Virus genome (UHGV): UHGV-1700184
Length of the DNA: 10,972 nt
Reading direction: 5' to 3' (one strand)
Source of the DNA: a virus
Shown here: one piece after another, positions 5,646-10,972 of the stretch
Position numbering within the stretch: the stretch's first letter is position 1
Layout of the letters: each line of letters begins with the position of its first letter
Notes under the pieces: model-generated
Seen by the model: only the letters and a program-made list of their open reading frames with translations
What the model was told of the DNA's origin: nothing
The model's database searches: none
Translations under genes and position numbers: made by a program

Positions 5646-5951
5646 TCAATAAGCACCGTACGGTAGTTTACTGTACAATTTTATTTTTTGGACTGCATGT
5701 ATTTTGTTTCCTAATGGGTTTGAATCTTTGTAATAAATACTTCTATTTTTTCGAACGACTTCTTCTTTCTTCTTGCAGCAAAGGCTTCCTAGTGATGCTG
5801 CTTTGTCTGCTCTGACGCAACCAGAGAGCTTTAGCGCAATTTTTCGCGCCAGTGCTTCATTACTGCGTCGCTCGGCAATAAGTTCTGCTCTGCGAGCTTT
5901 GTAGCGGCTTTTTGCCGTACCTTTGGATTCTTTCCAGACAATGGTTACCAT
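5646..5951 (-). CDS. N: N-family transcription antitermination protein (phage-21 type)
   Basis: Track ORF 5646..5981; preferred start is ATG at 5951..5949 (MVTIVWKESKGTAKSRYKARRAELIAERR) with AAGGAG 6 nt upstream. GTAKSRYKARRAELIAERR matches the arginine-rich boxB-binding peptide of phage 21 N as I recall it. Cognate boxA/boxB lie upstream. Confidence 0.85.
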   Translation of the reverse strand: MVTIVWKESKGTAKSRYKARRAELIAERRSNEALARKIALKLSGCVRADKAASLGSLCCKKKEEVVRKNRSIYYKDSNPLGNKIHAVQKIKLYSKLPYGAY

Positions 5952-6058
5952 GATGGTCTCCTTTAAGTGGCTTTGGCGCATGACGCGTCGAGGTGCTTAT
6001 CTTCTCGATCGCTGTCTTGCAGCTGCAATTCGCGCCATCCCCAAAACCACTCAAGTTC

Positions 6059-6102
6059 TGGTCTCAACGGTTAGGTTGAGAGTCCGTCGATGTTAAAGAG
6101 CC
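6059..6102 (-). promoter_or_regulatory. nutL: nutL (boxA plus boxB hairpin)
   Basis: Read on the minus strand: boxA GGCTCTTTAACA (complement of 6091-6102), a near-perfect match to the boxA consensus, then 9 nt, then boxB hairpin TCTCAAC-CTAACC-GTTGAGA (complement of 6062-6081) with a 7-bp stem. Sits between pL and N. Confidence 0.8.
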
Positions 6103-6139
6103 TGCCAATCTGTTCCGTTTGGCTTCCAGCGTCCTGCTG

Positions 6140-6215
6140 ATGGCTTAAATTTAAGACTTCTTAATTTATTGGTCAAGTGCATTTTTGAAGAAAACTTAAT
6201 TTTATGGGCGTGAAT
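6140..6215 (-). promoter_or_regulatory. pL promoter with overlapping OL operator sites
   Basis: Minus-strand TTGACC (complement of 6171-6176), ~17 nt, TAAATT/TTAAAT. Palindromic operator TTAAGA-CT-TCTTAA at 6151-6164 overlaps the -10; a second imperfect palindrome TTGAAGAAAACTTAA lies near 6185-6200. Half-sites match those in OR. Confidence 0.6.
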
Positions 6216-6245
6216 TTAGTTTGTCTTTGATTTTTAACGGGAAAT

Positions 6246-6266
6246 AAAAAAAGGGGCGAAAGCCCC
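6246..6266 (-). terminator. intrinsic terminator directly after the repressor gene
   Basis: Stem GGGGC (6253-6257) / GCCCC (6262-6266) with loop GAAA, followed on the minus strand by TTTTTTT ATTT (complement of 6242-6252); adjoins the cI stop at 6267-6269. Confidence 0.75.
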
Positions 6267-6917
6267 TTAAGGAAGGTTTGCTAGCTTGGCATCAACGACA
6301 ACGCCAATGATTTTACAGTTCCCATTGATTTCAATCATTGGGTATTGTGGATTGAGTGGTTTCAGGAATTTTCTACCGGCATCAATAACTAACTTTTTGA
6401 ATGTCGCCTCGTTTTCTCCTTCAAGTTTGGCGACTACCAGCTTTCCATTACGTGGTTCGACTTCTGGGTCGACGAGAATAATCATCCCCTCAGGAATACT
6501 CAGTCCTGCCGGGGCAGTCATTGAATCGCCTTTAACGTCGAGCCAAAAAGAGTCTTCAGAACAATCTACCGTTGTGTCGTACCAGTTATCTATTGCACGC
6601 CTATGATATGGCTCTACAGCTTCCATCCAACATCCTGCGCTTACCCAACTAATTAGAGGATACGAACCTCTTGGATCATGCCTGCTGTGATAGGCAATGT
6701 TTGAAAGACTATCCTCTCCTTTCAACAGGTAATCAGGGGAGCACTGCAAAGCCTTGGCTAAGGCCAATAGGTTTTCGCCATTGGGCTCAGTTTCAGATCG
6801 CTCCCATTGGGAAATAGCAACATTAGACACGCCAACCATCTTGCCAAGGGCAGCCTGCCTAATCTTGAGTTCTTTTCTGCGAGCGCGAATACGCTCACCC
6901 ATCAGTTGTGTATTCAT
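6267..6917 (-). CDS. cI: CI/C2-type prophage repressor (N-terminal HTH, C-terminal S24 LexA-like autopeptidase domain)
   Basis: Track ORF, 216 aa, ATG at 6917. HTH segment QAALGKMVGVSNVAISQWERSE; C-terminal domain carries the catalytic-type GDSM serine motif and a downstream lysine (VVAKLEGE). The N-terminal domain closely resembles P22 C2 repressor as I recall it. Confidence 0.9.
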   Translation of the reverse strand: MNTQLMGERIRARRKELKIRQAALGKMVGVSNVAISQWERSETEPNGENLLALAKALQCSPDYLLKGEDSLSNIAYHSRHDPRGSYPLISWVSAGCWMEAVEPYHRRAIDNWYDTTVDCSEDSFWLDVKGDSMTAPAGLSIPEGMIILVDPEVEPRNGKLVVAKLEGENEATFKKLVIDAGRKFLKPLNPQYPMIEINGNCKIIGVVVDAKLANLP

Positions 6918-6997
6918 AGTTAAGACATCTTAAATAAACTTGACTTAAGATTCCTTTGGTGAATAATTTAAGTGTTCTTTAATTTCGGAGCGAGTCT
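6918..6997. promoter_or_regulatory. OR operator region with divergent pR and pRM
   Basis: Perfect palindrome TTAAGA-CA-TCTTAA at 6920-6933, abutting the cI start. A further operator-like site ATTTAAGTGTTCTTTAAT (6966-6983) overlaps the pR -10 region; pR -35 TTGACT at 6939-6944. Confidence 0.7.
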
Positions 6998-7183
6998 ATG
7001 TACAAAAAAGATGTTATTGACCACTTCGGAACCCAGCGTGCTGTTGCTAAAGCACTAGGCATTAGCGATGCAGCAGTCTCTCAGTGGAAAGAAGTTATCC
7101 CAGAGAAAGACGCCTATCGATTGGAAATCGTTACAGCTGGCGCCCTGAAGTATCAAGAAAGTGCTTACCGCCAAGCGGCATAA
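6998..7183 (+). CDS. cro: Cro repressor (P22-type)
   Basis: Track ORF, 61 aa, ATG at 6998 preceded by GGAG at a 7-nt spacer. MYKKDVIDHFGTQRAVAKALGISDAAVSQWKEVIPEKDAYRLEIVTAGALKYQ matches P22 Cro as I recall it. First gene of the rightward operon. Confidence 0.9.
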   Translation: MYKKDVIDHFGTQRAVAKALGISDAAVSQWKEVIPEKDAYRLEIVTAGALKYQESAYRQAA

Positions 7184-7189
7184 GCAAAT

Positions 7190-7231
7190 TGCTCTTTAAC
7201 AGTTCTGGCCTTTCACCTCTAACCGGGTGAG
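7190..7231 (+). promoter_or_regulatory. nutR: nutR (boxA plus boxB hairpin)
   Basis: boxA TGCTCTTTAACA at 7190-7201, then ~10 nt, then hairpin TCACC-TCTAACCG-GGTGA at 7213-7230. The loop shares CTAACC with nutL boxB and spacing is the same. Confidence 0.7.
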
Positions 7232-7298
7232 CAAACATCAGCGGCAAATCCATTGGGTGTGCCGCTATAACTCAATATCAATATAGGAAAATTAACAA

Positions 7299-7595
7299 AT
7301 GGCACAAGCAAGCTACAGCAAGCCAACACAGCGAGAAATTGATCGCGCTGAAACTGATTTACTCATCAACCTGTCAACGCTTACCCAGCGCGGTCTGGCA
7401 AAGATGATTGGCTGTCATGAATCGAAGATAAGCAGAACGGACTGGAGATTTATTGCTTCGGTCTTGTGTGCTTTCGGAATGGCATCAGACATCAGTCCGA
7501 TTAGCAGGGCTTTTAAGTATGCGCTTGATGAAATCACAAAGAAAAAATCCCCGGCCGCCACCGAGGATTTTAAGCAAATTGATATGCAATTCTGA
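7299..7595 (+). CDS. cII: CII-like transcriptional activator
   Basis: Track ORF, 98 aa, preceded by AGGAAA. HTH region and C-terminal KKKSPAATEDFKQIDMQF parallel lambda CII (KKRPAATERSEQIQMEF as I recall it). Confidence 0.85.
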   Translation: MAQASYSKPTQREIDRAETDLLINLSTLTQRGLAKMIGCHESKISRTDWRFIASVLCAFGMASDISPISRAFKYALDEITKKKSPAATEDFKQIDMQF

Positions 7596-7617
7596 GGGAA
7601 TTACTGGATCAATCCAC
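7538..7617 (-). ncRNA. oop: OOP-like antisense RNA candidate overlapping the 3' end of cII
   Basis: Minus-strand hairpin across 7548-7567 (GC-rich stem with one G-U wobble that is a C-A mismatch on the plus strand), followed by a U-tract (complement of A-run 7541-7547). A -10-like CATAAT lies on the minus strand at 7625-7630, predicting a ~77-nt RNA, the same size and place as lambda OOP. Confidence 0.35.
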
Positions 7618-7627
7618 AGGAGTAATT

Positions 7628-7789
7628 ATGACAAAACGTCGTAAGAAATACCAGGAAAAAGAAGAGATTCGACACCCTGATTCACCTGAGGGATTAGTGG
7701 TAGCCGCAGCAAATAACAGGGCGTTCGCAGAGCGCCTTGTTGGTGTTTACAGACTAGCCAAAGCAGGAGTGAAACATGGGCGTCGTTAA
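7628..7789 (+). CDS. hypothetical small basic protein, 53 aa, between cII and O
   Basis: ATG at 7628 preceded by AGGAG at a 5-nt spacer; translation [53 protein letters not shown]; overlaps the O start by 14 nt. Not in the track (under 60 aa). Confidence 0.4.
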   Translation: MTKRRKKYQEKEEIRHPDSPEGLVVAAANNRAFAERLVGVYRLAKAGVKHGRR

Positions 7790-8597
7790 GTTAGCTGATT
7801 ACAGGCCTCAACTGGAGGTCGTGGAGCATCGCGTGGCAGATACCGAAGATGGTTTCATGCGCGTTGCTAACGAGATTACCGACAGTCTGCTGATGGCTGA
7901 TTTAACCGTCCGGCAGTTGAAGGTGATGCTCGCTATCATGCGCAAGACATACGGATTCAATAAGCCGATGGATCGACTCACAAACACGCAGATAGCAGCC
8001 ATGACAGGTATTCATCACACTCATGTTTGCGCTGCCAAGCGCCAGCTTATCGAGCGTAAATTCCTCATTGCTGATGGCGTGAAAATCGGAGTGAACAAGG
8101 TGGTTTCTCAGTGGATTAGCCAGGACAGCTTAACATTAGCTAAAACAGCTAATAAAACATTAGCCAAGTCGGCTAATGGGTATAAGCCAAGTCAGCTAAA
8201 CACAAAAGACAATATACAAAAGACAATAAATACAAATACCCCCTTACCCCCTAACGGGGGCGGCGATGGGCAGGTTAAACCTGAACGTCGCAAGGCAGAA
8301 CGAATCGACTATGAATCCTTCCTGAACGCCTACAACACCGAAGTCGGTGACAGACTGCCACACGCTGTTGCGGTCAACGAGAAACGCAAACGCCGCCTGA
8401 AGAAAATCATCCCGCAACTGAAAACGCCAAACGTGGACGGTTTCAGAGCGTATGTCAGGGCGTTTGTGCATCAGGCCAAGCCGTTTTACTTCGGAGACAA
8501 CGACACTGGCTGGACGGCAGATTTTGATTACCTGCTGAGGGAAGATTCGTTAACGGGAGTACGGGAAGGGAAGTTTGCAGACAGGGGGATTGCATGA
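7776..8597 (+). CDS. O: O-like replication initiation protein (replisome organiser)
   Basis: Track ORF, 273 aa, ATG at 7776 preceded by AGGAG. N-terminal HTH-type domain, a low-complexity linker encoded by the iteron DNA, and a conserved phage C-terminal domain. Stop overlaps the helicase start (ATGA). Confidence 0.85.
   Translation: MGVVKLADYRPQLEVVEHRVADTEDGFMRVANEITDSLLMADLTVRQLKVMLAIMRKTYGFNKPMDRLTNTQIAAMTGIHHTHVCAAKRQLIERKFLIADGVKIGVNKVVSQWISQDSLTLAKTANKTLAKSANGYKPSQLNTKDNIQKTINTNTPLPPNGGGDGQVKPERRKAERIDYESFLNAYNTEVGDRLPHAVAVNEKRKRRLKKIIPQLKTPNVDGFRAYVRAFVHQAKPFYFGDNDTGWTADFDYLLREDSLTGVREGKFADRGIA
8116..8240. repeat. origin of replication: four palindromic iterons plus an AT-rich tract inside the O gene
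   Basis: Iterons at 8116-8133 (TTAGCCAGGACAGCTTAA), 8136-8152 (TTAGCTAAAACAGCTAA), 8160-8176 (TTAGCCAAGTCGGCTAA) and 8183-8199 (TAAGCCAAGTCAGCTAA), spaced 20-24 bp, followed by A-rich 8200-8240 containing CAAAAGACAATA twice. Same architecture as lambda ori. Confidence 0.75.
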
Positions 8598-9970
8598 GAC
8601 AGGATATCGAAGCGAGCGTTATCGGTGGCTTGCTGATTGGTGGATTAACACCAACTGCCAGTGACGTTCTGGCAACGCTGGAGCCGGAAGCGTTTTCAAT
8701 TCCGCTCTACCGGAAAGCCTTCGAGGTTATCCGCAAGCAGGCGAGAAACAGAAACCTAATCGACGCGCTGATGGTTGCCGAGGCGTGCGGAGAGGAGCAT
8801 TTCACGTCAATCCTGATGACCAGCAAAAACTGCCCGAGTGCCGCAAACCTGAAGGGATATGCCGGAATGGTCGCGGATAACTATCACCGCCGTCTGGTGC
8901 TGGAAATCATGGATGAAATGCGTGAACCAATTCAGAGCGGAACCATCGACGCATCGAGTCAGGCGATGGATGAACTTGTAAAGCGTCTTTCAGCCATCAG
9001 AAAGCCACGTGACGAGGTTAAACCGGTACGGTTAGGGGAAATCATCACCGACTACACTGACACGCTTGACAGGCGTCTGAGGAACGGAGAAGAGTCAGAT
9101 ACCCTGAAGACCGGAATCGAAGAACTTGATGCCATCACCGGAGGGATGAACGCGGAAGACCTGGTGATAATCGCTGCTCGTCCTGGTATGGGGAAAACCG
9201 AACTGGCGCTGAAGATTGCCGAAGGCGTTGCAAGCCGCGTTATTCCTGGTTCTGACGTCCGGCGCGGAGTGTTGATTTTCTCGATGGAAATGAGCGCATT
9301 GCAGATCGCAGAGCGAAGCATTGCCAACGCCGGGAGGATGTCGGTTAGCGTACTGCGAAATCCTGCATCGATGGATGACGAGGGCTGGGCACGTGTTGCT
9401 AACGGAATGAGTCAGCTTGCAGATTTGGATGTATGGGTGGTCGATGCCTCGCGGTTATCGGTCGAAGAAATACGCTCAATCGCAGAACGGCACAAACAGG
9501 AAAATCCAAACCTCTCACTCATCATGGCGGATTATCTTGGCCTGATTGAGAAGCCGAAAGCAGATCGCAACGACCTCGCAATTGCTCACATCTCCGGAAG
9601 CCTGAAGGCGATGGCGAAAGACCTGAAAACGCCAGTAATCTCCCTGAGTCAGCTTTCGCGCGATGTTGAGAAGCGACCAAATAAACGCCCGACAAACGCA
9701 GATTTGCGTGATTCAGGAAGCATTGAACAGGACGCAGACTCAATCATCATGCTCTATCGGGAGGCGGTATATGACGAGAACAGTAGCGCCGCGCCATTTG
9801 CTGAAATCATTGTGACGAAAAACCGTTTTGGCTCGCTTGGTACGGTTTACCAGCGGTTCTGCAACGGACACTTTGTTGCATGTGACCAGGATGAAGCCAG
9901 ACAGATTTGCACAACATCAAATGCACCTGCTGCGCGTGGCAGACGATATGCACAAGGGGCTGACGTATGA
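8594..9970 (+). CDS. DnaB-family replicative DNA helicase
   Basis: Track ORF, 458 aa. Walker A motif [12 protein letters not shown] in a RecA-like C-terminal domain, plus a DnaB-type N-terminal domain. Occupies the lambda P position; P22-type phages encode their own helicase here. Confidence 0.9.
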   Translation: MRQDIEASVIGGLLIGGLTPTASDVLATLEPEAFSIPLYRKAFEVIRKQARNRNLIDALMVAEACGEEHFTSILMTSKNCPSAANLKGYAGMVADNYHRRLVLEIMDEMREPIQSGTIDASSQAMDELVKRLSAIRKPRDEVKPVRLGEIITDYTDTLDRRLRNGEESDTLKTGIEELDAITGGMNAEDLVIIAARPGMGKTELALKIAEGVASRVIPGSDVRRGVLIFSMEMSALQIAERSIANAGRMSVSVLRNPASMDDEGWARVANGMSQLADLDVWVVDASRLSVEEIRSIAERHKQENPNLSLIMADYLGLIEKPKADRNDLAIAHISGSLKAMAKDLKTPVISLSQLSRDVEKRPNKRPTNADLRDSGSIEQDADSIIMLYREAVYDENSSAAPFAEIIVTKNRFGSLGTVYQRFCNGHFVACDQDEARQICTTSNAPAARGRRYAQGADV

Positions 9971-10047
9971 CCATCTACATCACTGAGCTAATAACAGGCC
10001 TGCTGGTAATCGCAGGCCTTTTTATTTGGGGGAGAGGGAAGTCATGA
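9967..10047 (+). CDS. hypothetical hydrophobic peptide, 26 aa (coding status uncertain)
   Basis: ATG at 9967 overlaps the helicase stop (ATGA) and its stop overlaps the ninB start; translation [26 protein letters not shown] has a single TM-like segment. The same DNA contains the tR2-like terminator hairpin. Confidence 0.3.
   Translation: MTIYITELITGLLVIAGLFIWGRGKS
9996..10028 (+). terminator. intrinsic terminator (tR2-like) between the replication genes and the nin region
   Basis: Perfect 8-bp stem AGGCCTGC (9996-10003) / GCAGGCCT (10012-10019) with an 8-nt loop, followed by TTTTATTTG. Confidence 0.7.
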
Positions 10048-10484
10048 AAAAGCTAACCTTTGAAATTCGATCTCCAGCACATCAGCAAAATGCTATTCAC
10101 GCGGTACAGCAAATTCTTCCAGACCCAACCAAACCAATCGTAGTAACCATTCAGGAACGCAACCGCAGCTTAGACCAAAACCGAAAGCTTTGGGCTTGCC
10201 TTGGTGACGTCTCTCGTCAGGTTGAATGGCATGGTCGCTGGCTGGATGCAGAAAGCTGGAAGTGTGTGTTTACCGCAGCATTAAAGCAGCAGGATGTTGT
10301 TCCTAACCTTGCCGGGAATGGCTTTGTGGTAATAGGCCAGTCAACCAGCAGGATGCGTGTAAGCGAATTTGCGGAGCTATTAGAGCTTATACAGGCATTC
10401 GGTACAGAACGTGGCGTTAAGTGGTCAGACGAAGCGCGACTGGCTCTGGAGTGGAAATCGCGATGGGGAGACCGGGCAGCATGA
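10044..10484 (+). CDS. ninB: NinB (Orf-family recombination mediator)
   Basis: Track ORF 10026..10484 uses a TTG; preferred start is ATG at 10044 ([23 protein letters not shown]...) preceded by GGAGAGGGAA. Near-identical to lambda NinB as I recall it. Confidence 0.85.
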   Translation: MKKLTFEIRSPAHQQNAIHAVQQILPDPTKPIVVTIQERNRSLDQNRKLWACLGDVSRQVEWHGRWLDAESWKCVFTAALKQQDVVPNLAGNGFVVIGQSTSRMRVSEFAELLELIQAFGTERGVKWSDEARLALEWKSRWGDRAA

Positions 10485-10654
10485 TGCGATGTTATCGGTG
10501 CGGTGAATGCAAAGAAGATAACCGCTTCCGACCAAATCAACCTTACTGGAATCGATGGTGTCTCCGGTGTGAAAGAACACCAACAGGGGTGTTACCACTA
10601 CCGCAGGAAAAGGAGGACGTGTGGCGAGACAGCGACGAAGTATCACCGACATAA
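10481..10654 (+). CDS. ninD: NinD-like small zinc-ribbon protein, 57 aa
   Basis: ATG at 10481 overlaps the ninB stop (ATGA); [34 protein letters not shown] carries two CxxC pairs. The track ORF 10421..10654 is the same frame with an upstream extension. Confidence 0.7.
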
Positions 10655-10797
10655 TCTGCGAAAACTGCAAATACCTTCCAACGAAACGCTCCAGAAATAA
10701 ACGCAAGCCAATCCCAAAAGAATCTGACGTAAAAACCTTCAACTACACGGCTCACCTGTGGGATATCCGGTGGCTAAGACATCGTGCGAGGAAATGA
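10621..10797 (+). CDS. ninE: NinE-like small basic protein, 58 aa
   Basis: GTG at 10621 preceded by AGGAGG at a 4-nt spacer; translation (M)[57 protein letters not shown], resembling lambda NinE from memory. Overlaps the ninD 3' end in another frame. Confidence 0.6.
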
Positions 10798-10972
10798 CAA
10801 TGGATTATTCACAGTTAAGTGATTTTGAAATTAACTTAAAAATCGCGCATATCGTGCTAGGAAAAAACAATTACGACTGGGATCCAGAAAAGAAAGAAGT
10901 TTGCTTGGCTGGAATTGATGGTGGTGAGTTTTTGCCTTGTGGATATTTCGACCCATGTAATAGGGCCGCTGA
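10794..10972 (+). CDS. nin-region hypothetical protein, 3'-truncated by the window end (possibly NinX-like)
   Basis: ATG at 10794 overlaps the ninE stop (ATGA); open to the window edge: [59 protein letters not shown]. Absent from the track because it has no stop in the window. Confidence 0.55.

Noticed and set aside
5646-5981. Long form of N starting at ATG 5981 (MRQSHLKETIMVTIVW...)
   Set aside because: No SD before 5981, whereas AAGGAG sits at ideal spacing before the ATG at 5951; the short form also puts the arginine-rich motif at the N-terminus as in other N proteins.
5426-6054. Track ORFs 5426..5620 (+) and 5860..6054 (-)
   Set aside because: The first is antisense to the N-coupled gene. 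The second spans the N leader and N start in another frame and would run through nutL-proximal sequence; neither has an RBS.
6286-6606. Track ORF 6286..6606 (+) antisense to the repressor gene
   Set aside because: Embedded antisense to a confidently identified cI-type gene; no start context.
7453-7644. Track ORF 7453..7644 (+)
   Set aside because: Alternative frame across the cII 3' end and the OOP-like terminator region; the cII frame is supported by homology.
8116-8200. Possibility that the short tandem palindromes are a CRISPR array or transposon terminal repeats
   Set aside because: The repeats are ~17 bp with 3-7-bp gaps, lie inside a replication-initiator gene and are followed by an AT-rich tract; that is an iteron origin, not a CRISPR array (no spacers of 25-40 bp, no cas genes) or IS ends.
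7808-9743. Track ORFs 7808..8002 (-), 8244..8471 (-), 9052..9327 (-) and 9522..9743 (-)
   Set aside because: Antisense frames within the O-like and helicase genes.
10217-10755. Track ORFs 10217..10540 (-), 10425..10742 (-), 10543..10755 (-) and 10503..10700 (+)
   Set aside because: Antisense or alternative-frame readings across ninB/ninD/ninE, which are supported by RBSs, ATGA/GTG coupling and recalled homology.
1-10972. Search for tRNA, rRNA, integrase/attachment site, IS elements and toxin-antitoxin pairs
   Set aside because: No cloverleaf-compatible segments, no recombinase or transposase ORFs and no long terminal inverted repeats were seen; the window appears to lie wholly inside the prophage early region, so att sites and int are presumably outside it.

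Overview
This window reads as the early-control core of a lambdoid prophage, most likely enterobacterial, with two divergent operons leaving a central immunity region (about 6100-7000). All family and gene assignments are from reading the translations and DNA against recalled protein sequences; no database search was run. Leftward (minus strand): terminator, cI/C2-type repressor, pL/OL, nutL, a phage-21-type N antiterminator, then an accessory block (3995-5643) of unknown genes, cIII, a Kil-like ORF, small ORFs, a RecT recombinase, a Gp157-family protein and an Ead/Ea22-like gene. Rightward (plus strand): OR/pR, cro, nutR, cII, an O-like initiator with internal origin iterons, a DnaB-type helicase, a tR2-like terminator, and ninB/ninD/ninE plus a truncated nin-region gene. 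No tRNA, rRNA, CRISPR array, IS element or integrase was seen. The best candidate for something undescribed is the accessory block downstream of N: an AT-rich, terminator-flanked membrane-protein cassette with duplicated boundary sequences, next to acidic small proteins and an ER/K-rich coiled-coil protein. None of these could be assigned a function from sequence alone.
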